A stretch of 64,000 nt of DNA, from the NCBI RefSeq assembly GCF_006345805.1, contig NC_043005.1, forward strand, positions 103,106,001 through 103,170,000, written 5' to 3'. The position numbers and the translations under genes are program-made. Origin of the DNA: Octopus sinensis (lineage: Eukaryota). Shown one piece after another: positions 24,175 through 37,720 of the stretch; the stretch's first letter is position 1; each line of letters starts with the position of its first letter. The notes under the pieces are model-generated. The model did not search any database. It was not told the DNA's origin and saw only the letters and a program-made list of their open reading frames with translations.

Positions 24175-24930
24175 ATTTTTCGTATATCTTCTTTCAATTT
24201 CTGCTCTCTGTTTAGGCAGAGGTCCAATACAATAGTTCTCAGGTACATTTTGTTCTGTAAAAAGGTGAGTGTCTATTGTTCTATAACCGTATAAGAATGA
24301 TTTATTCGATACTTCTCCACTTAACTTTTATCTTCACTTTTCTTAAATTGGTTACCTCTTCTATTAAGTTGCAGAACTTTGGCAGTACAGTTAAAAAATC
24401 ATTTCTGCTTTACTTACATACAATTCTTACAGCTTCAGTTTTTGGTGATGATTGAAATGTCAAACATTTTCTAACTGTTAAAGCAATTCTTAACGTCAAC
24501 TTTTTAATGCCTCATATTTTTTCCTAGCCCCCCCCACACACACTTACCAAGCAAATCGGTTAAAACTTTTTCTAATGGAATTCCCCTGTTTGTTCCGCCA
24601 TTAAAACAACCAGTTGCTCACACAGCCGGCATATACCATTTCGCTAGCAACAAGGGAAGTACAAGATGACAGTCAGCCAAGACTTTCGCTATGCTGTCGC
24701 TCTTCTTTCACCTCTTTGTGGGGTTAATAATCTTCATCTTTACTTACACTTTCTCATTCAAACTACATAATAGGCAGAATTGTCGGATTAAGACAATGGA
24801 GTGTTTTGAGGGAGATTTTGCTACTTTTTCTACCAGGTCTAGCTACCATGTAAAGGTCTGAACTTAATTTTCATTCACATATTTGCATTTCAAAAATGTA
24901 ACATAATCTTTTCCATAAATCAACTATCGT
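23682..24930. repeat. Local direct duplication, ~380-bp core (23682-24065 and 24544-24930, offset ~863 bp)
   Basis: Near-identical by eye (about 90%). A further shared motif CAGAGGTCCAATA.AATAG.TCTCAG occurs at ~24217 and ~24997. Confidence 0.9.
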
Positions 24931-25079
24931 AAACATTTTCTACCATTACCTCACATTTTCATTGTTTGTATGTGTACTTTAAAAGACGTGATTAGACAGA
25001 GGTCCAATAGAATAGCTCTCAGAAACAGACTACGTAAGCATTTTTTTCCACAACCCCTGAAGCTGTTTTCTGGCAAGAT

Positions 25080-25231
25080 CAGGAAATTTTCATACAACTC
25101 GAAGCTCCAATCGAAACAGGGGACCCGAAATTATAAGGTTTGAAAACGCTGTTATTGATTATGCCTGACTGAAAACGATCACAGCCACATAATCCAAACA
25201 GACCGGGTAAAAGCAGGCTTAGCTGCTAGTT
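25080..25231 (+). mobile_element. Possible Helitron-type non-autonomous 3' end
   Basis: CCGGGTAAAAGCAGGC (decayed GC hairpin) followed by GCTGCTAGT|T. The left boundary is uncertain. Confidence 0.4.
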
Positions 25232-25590
25232 CTATTATAAACCTGAACCTAAATTTGGCAAACATGTAAGTACATTTATCAGAATTATGATTCAATTTAT
25301 TGTAACTTTACTTTAAAGGGATTTCATTACGCAGTACGATACGAATTCATTGAAATTGCGCTGTTGACAATATTTTATACCAGAGGTGCAAAGCGTACGT
25401 CTTGCTAGCCGGATCCCTCCTACAGCTTTCTTTGCCGCTCTTTGCCCTGGTACACGTATACTAACCTATAATGTAAATTGGACATGGGTGATCGTTGTAT
25501 TCTTTCTTGTCTTGAGGTTCACAGACAAACGGCCGGGTGGTTCCGAGTGATGCATAATCCATATATACATGCATACATACATACATATAT

Positions 25591-25694
<104 letters not shown>

Positions 25695-26873
25695 GAAAGC
25701 TGATTCGAAGACTATAGGTTCAATCTACCACTGGAAGTATAAAAATCTATTAAAACGTTTCAGAAGTTTGTCATTTAAGTATATATCAGCATGTGTAGAT
25801 ATGCAAGTATATCCATGAGAAGACATAGATAAAACAAAAAATACAAATTTGCACGCATACATAAATGCAAAAATACCCTGTTGATATTGTTGAAATTCAA
25901 ATGCAAGAGGCTTGGATCTTGGTTAGACACTGGCTCTTTCTCTATTGGCAAGAAATCTTGAAATAAAACTGAAGAATTAGATACATATATAATATTGTTA
26001 GTTTGCGTTCCATTTATTGTGGGCAATTCTATGAATAGGGCTTCACGAATATTTGGCCCTGTCTTTCCTGCGAGATAGAACCTAGGTCAGTCTGACTAAC
26101 GAACCAAAGCGAAGTTAACACTCCAGCTTAATTCTTTTTGGCATTACCTTAAAACCAGTGGCACCAGTTTGTCTACATTTATCTGAAATCTAATAACTCA
26201 AGATACGACATCAAATGTAGACGAATAGTTCTAACAAAACTTGATAACCATTCCAACAAACCGTGTAATTGACATAGTTTAATAACCTTTTCTAATCTTT
26301 CCTGTATGAATAAACAACTTAAAACACTGATATATTCCAAACTGTCTACGAGAAAAATTATAGAAAATTGTCAATGATAATGATTTTTATTTCCAATCAA
26401 CTTTTTTTTAGAATAAAATTAGTTCACTTACTTGTCAGTTTTGATTATTCGAGGATAATGTTTCCGCATTATGTTTGTTCGTTTTTTTTTCAACACAACA
26501 CTTTTCTGAATACTTAAATGCATCGAATTTCTCTTAAATATTGTAAAACCGCCTCTTTAAGTATACCTGTGTGAATCGTTGTCTCTGTCGTCTTAATTCC
26601 CTTCCACTCATTTCTTCCATACTATCACTCTCCTTTCTCACCATTTCAATACTCCCAAGTCCTCCTTACGTTGTCTCTAATGCTATGCATGCTATATGCC
26701 ATCAATAGTTTCACTGTCGTCTGATTATTCGCTGCAAATTTTAATCGTTAATTATTTTTTTCGCCTCCAATATATATAGATATCTTTCTATAGTTTCTCT
26801 ACTGAGTCTCTTAAATGCATTACTCATTTTTATTTTTAAAAACTGCATTATTATTATTGCTATTGTTGTTATT

Positions 26874-27364
26874 GAGAGAGCGATGCATACTATCAAAATG
26901 ACACTGGGGTAAAATATACGAAACACATCATGACTACGAGTCTCATAAGGGTACACCAGACACATGCAGCATAGCCACATGTGCGCGACATTGTGATCTT
27001 ATATCAAGATAAACAGTGCATGACTTTGCAGGTGGGGCCCAGTTCGAATTTTCTTCAGGTCGAGTAGCCCACCCCGCACAAATGATCCCTGAATAAGGGT
27101 TGTTTACGGATCATGAACAAAACACCTACGTTTCCAAAGGTGATTTCCTCTCAACACATGGCTATGATGATCCCCCACTACTTCTGCTCGTGATCAGAGA
27201 TGTGCATATCGTCAACCATTAAGGGACATGCTCAGTTGGTTAAGGTTAAGAAACTGACAAGCAAATCTGTGGTATTGAGCGGAATATTTTATACCAAGAC
27301 AAAACAAGGTACATGATAACACTTACAATCAGTTAAGATCAGAAGCCAGGGCAGCCACTGCCTG

Positions 27365-27401
<37 letters not shown>

Positions 27402-27433
27402 TTATTATTATTATTATTATTATTATTATCATC

Positions 27434-27465
<32 letters not shown>

Positions 27466-27505
27466 CATCACTATCATCATTATCATCATCACCATTATTA
27501 TTATT
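26874..27505 (+). mobile_element. Unclassified ~500-550-bp interspersed repeat with (ATT)n/(ATC)n tail, copy 1
   Basis: Homologous to 27510-28051 and 32839-33255. The simple-repeat 3' tail suggests a retroposon or LINE 3' UTR. Confidence 0.8.
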
Positions 27506-27509
27506 GTGT

Positions 27510-28051
27510 CAGAGAGCAGTGAATGCCATTAAAGTGACACTGGGGTAAAATATGCGAAGCCCAGTTTACCCATCATGATTACCCCTATGATAAGGAAACA
27601 CTAGGCACATGCATCACAACCAAATGTGCGCGACATAGTGGTCTCAAAACAAGATTAACAACGCTTGTTCTTGCAGGTGGGGCCCAGTTAGAATTTTCCT
27701 CATGCGTAGGGCCCATCCCACTCAAATGGTCCTTGAATAAAGGTTGTATAAGGATGTTGGACCAAACACCCATGTTTCCAGAGATTAATTTTCCAAACGC
27801 TAAAGAATTTGTCAACACATGACCATTCATCCACTACTTCTGCTCGTGATCAGAGATGCACGTATCGTCAGCCACTAAGAGACATGCTCAACTAGTTAAG
27901 GTCGAATAAATGACAAGTAAATCTGTGGTATTGAGCAGAATATTTGCTGTAGACCATCTTTTATACCAAGACCAACAATGTGCATTATAACACTTCCAGT
28001 CAGTTAAGATCAGAAGCCATGAGAGCCAGTGCCTGGTGCTTCATCAGGGCA
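27510..28051 (+). mobile_element. Same repeat, copy 2 (tandem to copy 1)
   Basis: GTGACACTGGGGTAAAATA...CTGCTCGTGATCAGAGATG...GTTAAGATCAGAAGCCA is shared. Confidence 0.8.
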
Positions 28052-28065
28052 ATGTACCCGGTACT

Positions 28066-28262
28066 GCAAGGCGGCGAGCTGGCAGACTCGTTACTACACC
28101 GCACAAAATGCTGAGCTGTTATTCGCCCGTCTTTCTATTCTGAGATCAAATCCACTGAGTTTGGCTCTGCTTTTTATCCATCCCGCTCGATGTAATCGAC
28201 CCTCATCTTACCACAAAATCTCAGGAACTGTGACTATGCTAGAAAGGATCATCGTTATTATT
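28066..28262 (+). mobile_element. Decayed SINE family 'C'
   Basis: AAGGCGGCGAGCTGGCAGA head and TAGAAAGGAT tail. Confidence 0.7.
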
Positions 28263-30061
28263 GTTTGTGGTTAAAGTCACCTTTCGTAAGGATTGGTTGT
28301 CTAAGAAAATACTTTAACGGTATTTCTTACAACCCTTCATTTCAGCTCGATAAAATAAAGTACGACTCAGACACTAGGTCCATGTAGACGACTTACCATT
28401 CTCCTCAGAACTCTTGGCGTTGAGCCAAAATTTGAAAGTATCGTAATTGTTCTTGTTGTTGCTGTTGTTGCTTATTTTTCTTGACATAGTGTGTATTTGC
28501 ATGTTTATGTGCATTTGAGATTGAAAAGGAAGCAAATAATGTGTGCGTCGAATCAAATCTTGCGATATTTACCCTTCACTACGTTTAATGATCGAAAATT
28601 ATCACGTTCCATCAGAAATGCAATAATTTAGTATCTGACCGTTCGAAAACTGATAACAAAGAAGCTGCTGTTCAAAAAAATATATGCTAGAAAATTTAAA
28701 CAACTTGAAAAACGTCTACATTAATGATTAAATTGATAAAACTATAGAATTAAAATACTACTTAGCTTCGGTGCGAGAGTTACAGGAAGTAGACATTGTC
28801 TTAAGATTTAAGAAGAATGGTAAAATAAATAGTCACTATTAATGGTTTACTATTTCCTATCTTTTCCAAGTAATTATTAATATAAATTTAATTTAGTCAC
28901 AATCAGAACAGAAAAGTTGATGACCATATTTAGAACCTAGGTGAACAATTCATTCATTGACGAAAGACTGCGCCGGTCTTTTTACAGGTCGATGTGATGC
29001 TGTTAAACTAAACAATGGATCAAGTATGTCACTTGAGCATGACAGTAAATCAGTTGAGTGGTTAGAGTATCGGATAAAATGAATTGTAGTATTGGACCAT
29101 GAACTCTCATTCCAAATCCCAGAACAGTTAATTCTGTCTTTCATTATGTGAACGGTGATAAATAGGATAACAGTTAATTAAAAGAAAACGATTCCACCCT
29201 AATACGTGTTCCTGTATATGTAAATCAAATCTCGTTATCTTGCCATACTAAGCATGCATGTATTAGTGAAACACTCAGCTGCGTGTTCATGAATTTCAAG
29301 TTTACTAATTCAATCGGTTGAATAATTCAATCCTCATCGTTGAGATTGATGGTGTAAGTTCACCAACAGACAACAGGAACAACGAGAACGAAAGGTTTCC
29401 ACACAGTTTCCGTTAACGATATTTCACTGTTAAAATTAGTGGTAGTTCCGACCTTACGACTGAATATAGTTGACTAAGGCTATTGCATCTTAACACCAAA
29501 ACAGAAACACTATAGTTACGAAGTGAACCTGCCAACAATACGGTTCTTCGAACCGTACCTGCTCCCATTAAACTATTTTTCCAAACCTTATTATCTCAAG
29601 ATGTCTAAAATCAAAACCAACGTGTGGTGTCCTTTTTATGGAGGTTTACACTCTATCAATTAGATGCAACCGTAATATGAAAATATATTTGCAGCTAGAC
29701 TTACATTAGATAGTTTTAGAATTGTTATTCTTGTTATTCAATACGCAGTCGCAAAAGTCTTTCCAGCGTAGCAACTAATCAGCAATAAGCAATATTTAGA
29801 CGGTTTTGAAACAGAAGCAAGAAATCAGATAAGGTTACAAATCATTGCATTAAAAAAAAATAATACTGAGTTAGCAAATTTATCCAGACGTTTAGTCTCT
29901 GTGTTACCATTCTATTTCGATTTGCAATTTCTTACTCTGCTTATCTGATACAGGATATTACAGTTTATGGTTTGAAAACAATATTACAGTGTATATCTAA
30001 AAGATGATATACCATGTAAATATAGAACGGTTATAGAAACAGATGTTAAATAGAGAAAGTT

Positions 30062-30223
30062 GCAGGAGTGGCTGTGTGGTAAGTAGCTTGTTTACCAACC
30101 ACATGGTTCCGGGTTCAGTCCCACTGCGTGGCACCTTGGGCAAGTGTCTTCTACTATAGCCTCGGGCCGACCAAAGCCTTGTGAGTGGATTTGGTAGACG
30201 GAAACTGAAAGACGCCCGTCGTA

Positions 30224-30286
<63 letters not shown>

Positions 30287-30492
30287 ATGTGTGTGTGCGT
30301 GTATGTTTGTGTGTCTGTGTTTGTCCCCCTAGCATTGTTTATGTCCCTGTAACTTAGTGGTTCGGCATAAGTAACCGATAGAATAAGTACTGGGCTTACA
30401 AAGAATAAGTCATGGGGTCGAGTTGCTCGATTAAAGGCGGTGTGGTGCTCCAGCATGGCCGCAGTCAAATGACTGAAACAAGTAAAAGAGTA
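30062..30492 (+). mobile_element. Full-length SINE family 'B'
   Basis: Head, core GGCACCTTGGGCAAGTGTCTT, internal (TA)n(TG)n, and tail ending GAAACAAGTAAAAGAG. Confidence 0.92.
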
Positions 30493-32838
30493 TAATTTGA
30501 ATGTGGAATGGCCACATCGTTAAGCTTGAGGAAAACCACTAAAGTGAGAATGGATATTGTTGTACAGTATACATTAACCTTACTAAGTACAATATGTTGA
30601 TATATTTAGAGGCGAAACAAAATATATGTTCGTGGTATGATTCAGTTACTGTTATGGCTTGGATAAACTTTCAAATAGTTTTGTTTGAATTCTAATAAAA
30701 TTTAGAGAAGAGTTTGAGAAATTATGACACTGATGTAAGTCAGAATATATGTAATGGAATATTCTTCACATTGAGCGATTTTGTTAATTTCATAGTTAAA
30801 ATCTCCGTCTTTTCCATTACATATATGCTTTTGATTTCTTGAGGAATGTATTATTGGATGTTAATTCATCGAAGCACAAATTTCCAATATATTCCTCATC
30901 TACGCAAAGTGGATGATTTGGGAGGTCAGAGTATCAACACGTTTCATAATGTCAACTGAGCAGAATTCCTTTGGATTATACGATATATTAATACAAAAAG
31001 GAGATTAACAAGAAATCTAGAATAACCAATCAATCAATTTTGCCATTCATAGAAGTTGGCGGAAGCAAGAAAACGGAACAATAGCAACAACTTGGAGTGT
31101 ATTTAAAGGTCGGTAATGTAGATATATTAACAGTAGCTTGTTTCTGATAGGTATTTGGACAGCTAATACAATTTACTAATATATGGAATGAATATCATAA
31201 ACTATTTACCTGCATGGACCTTTTACACGCTCCGGATCCTCCGAAGGACTAGATCGATTTGATAACACCCGTGCATAATCTACTCCATTCAATGAAGATG
31301 ATTACTGTCACTGAATGCCAGTAGATATATAATGGAAGTGTCCTGCCAGTCAACTGTTACAAACATCTTCAATAGTACGACCATGACGATGCAAATACGG
31401 ACAAACTGGATTTACTTCTCCACACCGAATGGACAACGAAACACTCTAATAAGCTATAATAAGCAATCACTCCAACAATGATGAAGCTACAGATAACAAG
31501 CCTAGTACTGAGATGCGTTTAATTGCAACAGATGTGGATGTAGCGTGAAATTAATAATTATGCATCGTTGTCTGAGATTCAGAAATATTTTTTTTAATTA
31601 ATAATCGAAAGAGACTTAATATACGTATAATCAATTCAATTTAATATTTGATATACAGTCCACATCACTTCGATATGTTGTAAGAACATGTTCTATTGCA
31701 CCCAAATTAAAATAAAATGCCAGCTAATTTTATTGGCTTTTCCTTGCTTCTGACTGTTTCTTATTCTTACTATCAAATTTTATTTATTTATTTTTAATAT
31801 TCGAATAAAAACAGGAAGTAATCTAACATAAAAAAAAAGTTTTAAAAAAAATTATACATGATATTTATTTGGCCAGTGTATGCTTAAATTTCGAATCATA
31901 TTTCCGGCAGCTTTGTCTTTAATCTTTCCAAATCCAGAATGTATTATAGCTATGGCTTTAATCAAATATACCTCTCCTTCTCAAACCTCATCCATGTTCT
32001 TCGGATTCGTGTGTTTGTTGTTACAGAAGTTTTTGTTGATTTCCACATCCACTCCGTCATGCAGAAATAAAATTAAAGTATTTCACTCAGTGGCCATCTC
32101 GACTTTGTCCTATATGCAGACAACTAGATGCAACATTCTCAATTGTGACCCTTTGTAAGAAGGTGAGCTTTGATTCAACCACTATTTGGCTGCTATGTCT
32201 AGCAGTTTGAGGAACAGTGTTGAGGTTCCATTAGATAACTTGTCAACAAAACGAATATGAAGATAGAGAGGAAGTTTCAAAACTTCACTTTTAATGTTTC
32301 AAAAAGTCTAGAGAATTAACTCTGCCTCCTGTGTGAGTTCGTGTGTGTGTGTGTGTGTGAGAGAGAAGAGAGAGAATGAGTGAGAGAGAGAGAGAGAGAG
32401 AGAGAGTGAGAGAGAGAAAGAGACACTGTGGTTGCATGCATGCGCGCGCGTGTATGTAAAATAATGATTAAATAAACGGCTCTCGCCCGGCTCGGTAGTG
32501 GGTGCATAATTCATTCAGGAGTAAATTACTGCTCAATGAATAAGCGTGTAAGTGGCCGAGTATTCCAGTCAATTCAAATCTTAATAGACAGGTAAATGCC
32601 ATTAGCGTAGCTCTGTTTGACAATATGGGACATTTAAAATTGAGAAATAATCCTTACAATAGGCTACCAGATTGTTTCCGTCAAAGAGTTTCGTTTTTAT
32701 GGTGTAGCATGACCCGCGCTCACGATAAAGAGACACTGGCCTAGGACACACCAAATAGTTGGATCGAATTCAGGACTTCGCGACATTTTAGTCATTTGAT
32801 CGCGCAGCACCTGTATGACACATGAACAAGTTACGCGC

Positions 32839-33255
32839 AATATACCCATCATGACTACCTTCTGATAAGGATACACCAGGAACATGCACCTCAACGATAG
32901 GTGCACGACATGGGAACCTCATACCTCAATAGACTCTTGAATAAGGTTTGATTTAGGATGTTGACCTAAACAGCCATATTTCCATCTCCCAAAATCCTCG
33001 CAACACATGACTATGATACTTTCCCACTATTAATGCTCGTGATCAGATATGCACATTTTATGAGCTACTAAGCGACATTCTCAACTGGTTATGGTCAAAC
33101 AACTGAAAAGCAAATCTGCTGTGAAGAGCAGAATAATTGTTGTAGCTCATTTTTGTACCAAGACAAACATGTACACGGTAATACTTGCAATCAGTGAAGA
33201 TAAGAATCCATGAAGCCACTACATATTACTGCATCAGGGTATTTATTATCATTAC
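32839..33255 (+). mobile_element. Same repeat as 26874, copy 3 (5'-truncated, more diverged)
   Basis: ATACCCATCATGACTAC...GCTCGTGATCAGATATGCAC...GCATCAGGGTATTTATT. Confidence 0.75.
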
Positions 33256-34373
33256 TAGTATTTAAAATATTTTGATTCGACTCCATGGGACTTGAAGTTT
33301 CACAAGCTTCTCGATCGCACTTAGATCTTCCAGGCTTAAATAACAGTTTTCAAAAACCTAAGCCTAAAATTGGAACTTTATGTCAGATAGAGCAGAATCA
33401 AACTCTTTTAAACACTAAAACATGTAAATTCTATTTAATGTGTTGAGTGCAATAACTTTAAAACATGCATTTTCAAAGTCACTCCAAGGTTATCGGCCAC
33501 CATATATTATTATGTTGCAGGAATACTTGATATACATGTTGAAATCTCTTAGTGTACATTGACTTCATAGAAAAAAAGTTGTAATAGATTTTATGATCAG
33601 TTTTAAATCCAAATCACGACAATTGTTCCTGTGCATTAGTATAAGCAGTTAGTCGTGGAGTGTTTTACATATTCTGCATATAAATATGTAAATATGATCC
33701 AGCAATAGGTGTGTGCTTGAACGTCAAGTGAGTGGTTTTGGGGACACTGCTGAATCACCGATAGCTTCTCATTATTTTATAGCTACATTCTGTTTTTAGC
33801 ATTCCTTTGAAAAACAAATACATGTAGATTCAAACAGATGCAAATTATTAAACAAAACGACAATAAATTAATGGGAACAAAAATCAAAGATGCAAATTAT
33901 AACATAAACAAACTAGAATTAATAAATGGAAATTAAAAGCATAAAAATATAAATTCGGAAAATCTCTTATTTAGTTCGTTCTTTAGCATAGACACATCTC
34001 CGTTTATGAAAATAAAGGATCACCTTAATACAACATAAACTAGATGAAATCCTTATCTCCTTAATCTGTAAACGGTTTACTTCAAAGGAAGTCATTCGCG
34101 CGTGGACATTTTCTTACACCAGCGCAGTATGAACTTGTCTCTCAATGTGTTCGTAAAATTTAATTTTAGCTGTTCTTGGTCCCAATATCATTCATTTCAT
34201 CAGTGTTTAACCTATACGAATGATCTGGGTGAATAATTACAAGGTAGCAGCTAAAAGTGTCCTAAGGAATCAATGGTCACACATGTGTGGTAGAAACAAG
34301 ACGTATTTCGGAGAACATAGGAAAAATTGAAAACGGAGACAAACGCTCAAGGTGTTACAAAATCATTTATATA

Positions 34374-34533
34374 GGCGCAGGAGTGGCTGTGTGGTAAGTA
34401 GCTTGTTTACCAACCACATGGTTCTGGGTTCAACACCACTGCGTGGCACCTTGGGCAACAGTCTTCTACTAAAGCATCGGGCCAACAAAGCCTTGTGAAT
34501 GGATTTGGTAGACGGAAACTGAAAGAGCCTGTC

Positions 34534-34594
<61 letters not shown>

Positions 34595-34833
34595 CGTGTG
34601 TGTGTGTGTGTTGTGTGTGTGTGCACGTTTGTGTGTCTGTGTTTGTCCCCCCAACATCACTTGACAACCGATGCGCGTGCCTTTATACCCCCGTAACTTA
34701 GCGGTTCGGCAAAAGAGACCGATAGATTAAGTACTAGGCTTACAAAGAATAAGTCCCGGGGTCGATTTGCTCGACTAAAGGCGCTGCTCCAGCATGGCCA
34801 CAGTCAAATAACTGAAACAAGTAAAAGAGTAAG
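34374..34833 (+). mobile_element. Full-length SINE family 'B'
   Basis: GGCGCAGGAGTGGCTGTGTGGTAAG head through AAGTAAAAGAGT tail. Confidence 0.92.
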
Positions 34834-35063
34834 ATTTATATCTGCATATCATCGACAAATGGCTCGATGGACGCATCCAAAATAAACCCGACATGATGAA
34901 TAAAGTTCAGCAATGCTTCACTCTCATCAGGGAGGATATGAACAACAATGGTCATTAAATAGTCATTTGATGAGATTGATGCATTGCTGAACTTTATTCA
35001 TCCTGTCGGATGTATTTTGGATGCATCCATCGAAACGTATGTTGACGATATGAAGTTATAAAT
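34834..35063. repeat. Inverted duplication (~96-bp arms) whose two arms are decayed hammerheads pointing outward
   Basis: Arms 34834-34929 / 34968-35063 are about 85% identical. Plus arm: UUGAUGA-GAUUGAUGCA...UGCAUCCAUC-GAAAC-GUA-UGUUGAC. Minus arm: intact CUGAUGA but GAAAC changed to GAGCC. Confidence 0.75.
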
Positions 35064-35071
35064 GATTTAGT

Positions 35072-35396
35072 GAGGGCGCGTGGCTTAGTGGTTAGGGCAT
35101 TCGGCTCATGATCGTAAGGTTGTGAGTTCGATTCCCGGCGACGCGTTGTGTCCTTGAGCAAGACACTTTATTTCACGTTGCTCCAGTCCACTCAGCTGGC
35201 AAAAATGAGTTGTACTTGTATTTCAAAGGGTCAGCCTTGTCACTCTCTGTGTCACGCTGATTATCCCCGAGAACTACGTTAAGGGTACACGTGTCTGTGG
35301 AATGCTCAGCCATTTGCACGTTAATTTCACGAGCAAGCTGTTCCGTTGATCGTATCAGCTGGGACCCTCGTCGTCGTAACCGGCGGAGTCTTTAAG
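35072..35396 (+). mobile_element. Full-length CORE-type SINE family 'A' with TSD
   Basis: TGGCTTAGTGG A-box, GAGTTCGATTCC B-box, CORE-like block; 12-bp TSD ATAAATGATTTA at 35058-35069 and 35397-35408. Confidence 0.93.
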
Positions 35397-35683
35397 ATAA
35401 ATGATTTAATAACATCTTGAGCGTTCGTATCCATGTACTATGCCTGTATTAGATTGATTTCATTGAGTATACACCACACAGCACTGGAAAGTGAGAAAGC
35501 TGACAAGGAACCTATGAAATATATTATCACCGGGCTTCTGCGCTTGGAAATGAGATTGTTTTTGGTGGTTTGAGATTGACGTTATTACTTTTGAAATCAA
35601 TGAATCTTCACAGATTTTACACATACACACATACACACACATACACACACACGCACGCACACAGATACACACAAACATACGTA

Positions 35684-35913
35684 TACTCTTTTACTCTTTT
35701 ACTTCTTTCAGTTATTTGACTGCGGTCATGCTGGAGCACCGCCATTAGCCGAGCAAATCGCCCCCCAGGACTTATTCTTTGTAAGCCTAGTACTTATTCT
35801 ATCGGTGTCTTTTGCCAAACCGCTAAGTTACGGGGACGTAAACACATCAGTATCGGTTGTCAAGCGATGTTGGGGGGACAAACTCAGACACACAAACATA
35901 TACACACACTTGC

Positions 35914-35994
<81 letters not shown>

Positions 35995-36131
35995 CGATGG
36001 GCTTCTTTCAGTTTCCACTCACAAGGCTTTGGTCGGCCCGAGGCTATAGTAGAAGACACTTGCTCAAGGTGCCACGCAGTGGGAATGAACCCGGAACAAT
36101 GGGGTTGGTAAGCAAGCTACTTACCACACAG
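35684..36131 (-). mobile_element. SINE family 'B'
   Basis: Reverse complement of the 30062 copy, with an internal (TA)n. Confidence 0.9.
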
Positions 36132-37309
36132 TATGTATATATTACTTACAAATCCTTTTTCTACACGATCCTTTTCTCATAACCATCTTATCACAAGCTG
36201 ATTGTAATTATTATATTTGATTAAGTGTGCTTGTTTAAGGCTAGGTGAGTTTAAATGCTGAATAGACTTCGATAAATGATTTTTGACGTTTATGAGGCTG
36301 AAATATTTAAAGCAACACTTAAATATATTTACGTAGAATCTTCATTAATGGAATAAGTTAAGCGTTTTCCTTGCTCTAATTCTTTATTAACAGTTGTGCA
36401 TGGAGTTATCACGTATCCTCTCTTAAACTATGTTGTTTAATTGCAAGCCTTCGGCGTGTATTTATTGCTCTTTTCCAAATCTTTTATGTATCTCATAGAC
36501 AGTGTTTAATGCACGTCATTGTTTTGTTGAGGTCTTCTCAACAATTAAATCAATATGGACGTCAGGTGAATAATTTCATCAGCGGATCACGTGGTTTTGA
36601 TTGATTCCTAACCATGCGATCCACTGATATATTTTTATCACTACTTCATCTTCATTTAAGGTTCTTTAGTATTTTCAGAGAAAACGGGAGAGCTATAAAT
36701 ATTACTTTTAGTTGTGCATAGAGAGAAATAAAAAAAAAACAAAAAAACTGAAATTCCGTTTCCATGGTAACAAAACTAATATATTGTATGGTTCAGAAAT
36801 ATTCCATTTAAATTATTTATGTCACTTTTTGCTTGAAACTATTCTGTCGACAATTAACTTTTTTTTATCAGCTTGATCTCAACAATTCCCACAGTACACT
36901 CAAGAATACCATCTCCATAGAGTATTGCGAAAATAAAGCATAGGAAGAATCTCGTTGCCAATCTTAAATAGTATTTAGAAATGTTAAATGTAATTTAACC
37001 ACTCGGAAATATAATACGAAATTTCTGATTCGATTCGTTTCAGAGATTAAATGAAACAGCTGGATTAATTACAGATCACATGACAGAAATGAGTAAAACA
37101 TCAAGAAATAGAAACGCGGCGATTGGCTGAGATATATGACATCTTTCACTACCAATATATTTCAAATTTTAGGATTAAAAATGATTCTGTTATTACCCTA
37201 TGACGCCTACAAATTACTAATAAATGAAGACTTGATACAAATTACTAGTTGTTATTTTCAGGAGTATTTTGCAAGTTCCAGTAAACGTGTTTTGAGCTAT
37301 TTTGCTAGT

Positions 37310-37720
37310 GATAAACTTACTTGTACTTGTGGCGACATTCACCCTGGCCGAGTTGAGTCGGTTTCTTCTACCACCCTCGAGGCATCTTGAACCATGGCAG
37401 TGGAAGAAGTTTCGTGGGAATATGAATTTCACAAGCGGTCCCCAACAATCCCGCATGTGGAGACATCCTGTTTACCGCAGATTGTCCGCAGACGCAGGGA
37501 CAGAACGACCGGGGAGCCGCCGGTTGCCGAAACAGGCACTCCGAGGATTTTCACCAGAGCCCCGTCTGCCTGGTTGTGGCCCTAATACCACTCGGTGTCA
37601 GACCAATCCGCCTTGGGTGGCCCTACCAGGAACCGAAGTTTCCGACGGCATAGCTCTGACACTACCCGTTGCCAGCGTCCCCACCACGGTGAGGAGGGGA
37701 TGGACTTTGGGGAGTGATAT
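37310..37720 (+). mobile_element. GC-rich fragment resembling an RTE-clade (Expander-like) 5' region
   Basis: GGTGGCCCTACCAGGA...CCGACGGCATAGCTCT...CCACCACGGTGAGG resembles remembered RTE 5' motifs. GC content is clearly above background and there is no convincing ORF. Confidence 0.4.

Larger units (their letters stand above)
23518..25550. repeat. ~93-bp direct repeat at 23518-23610 and 25458-25550
   Basis: ATACTAACCTATAATGTAAATTGGACATGGGTGATCGTTGTATTC...ACAGACAAACGG is identical in both copies. Confidence 0.9.

Noticed and set aside
25950-31500. Short RT-thumb-like peptides (FQINVDK near 26230 minus; NGSVLPVNCYKHL near 31335 plus)
   Set aside because: Matches of only a few residues with no supporting flanking motifs.
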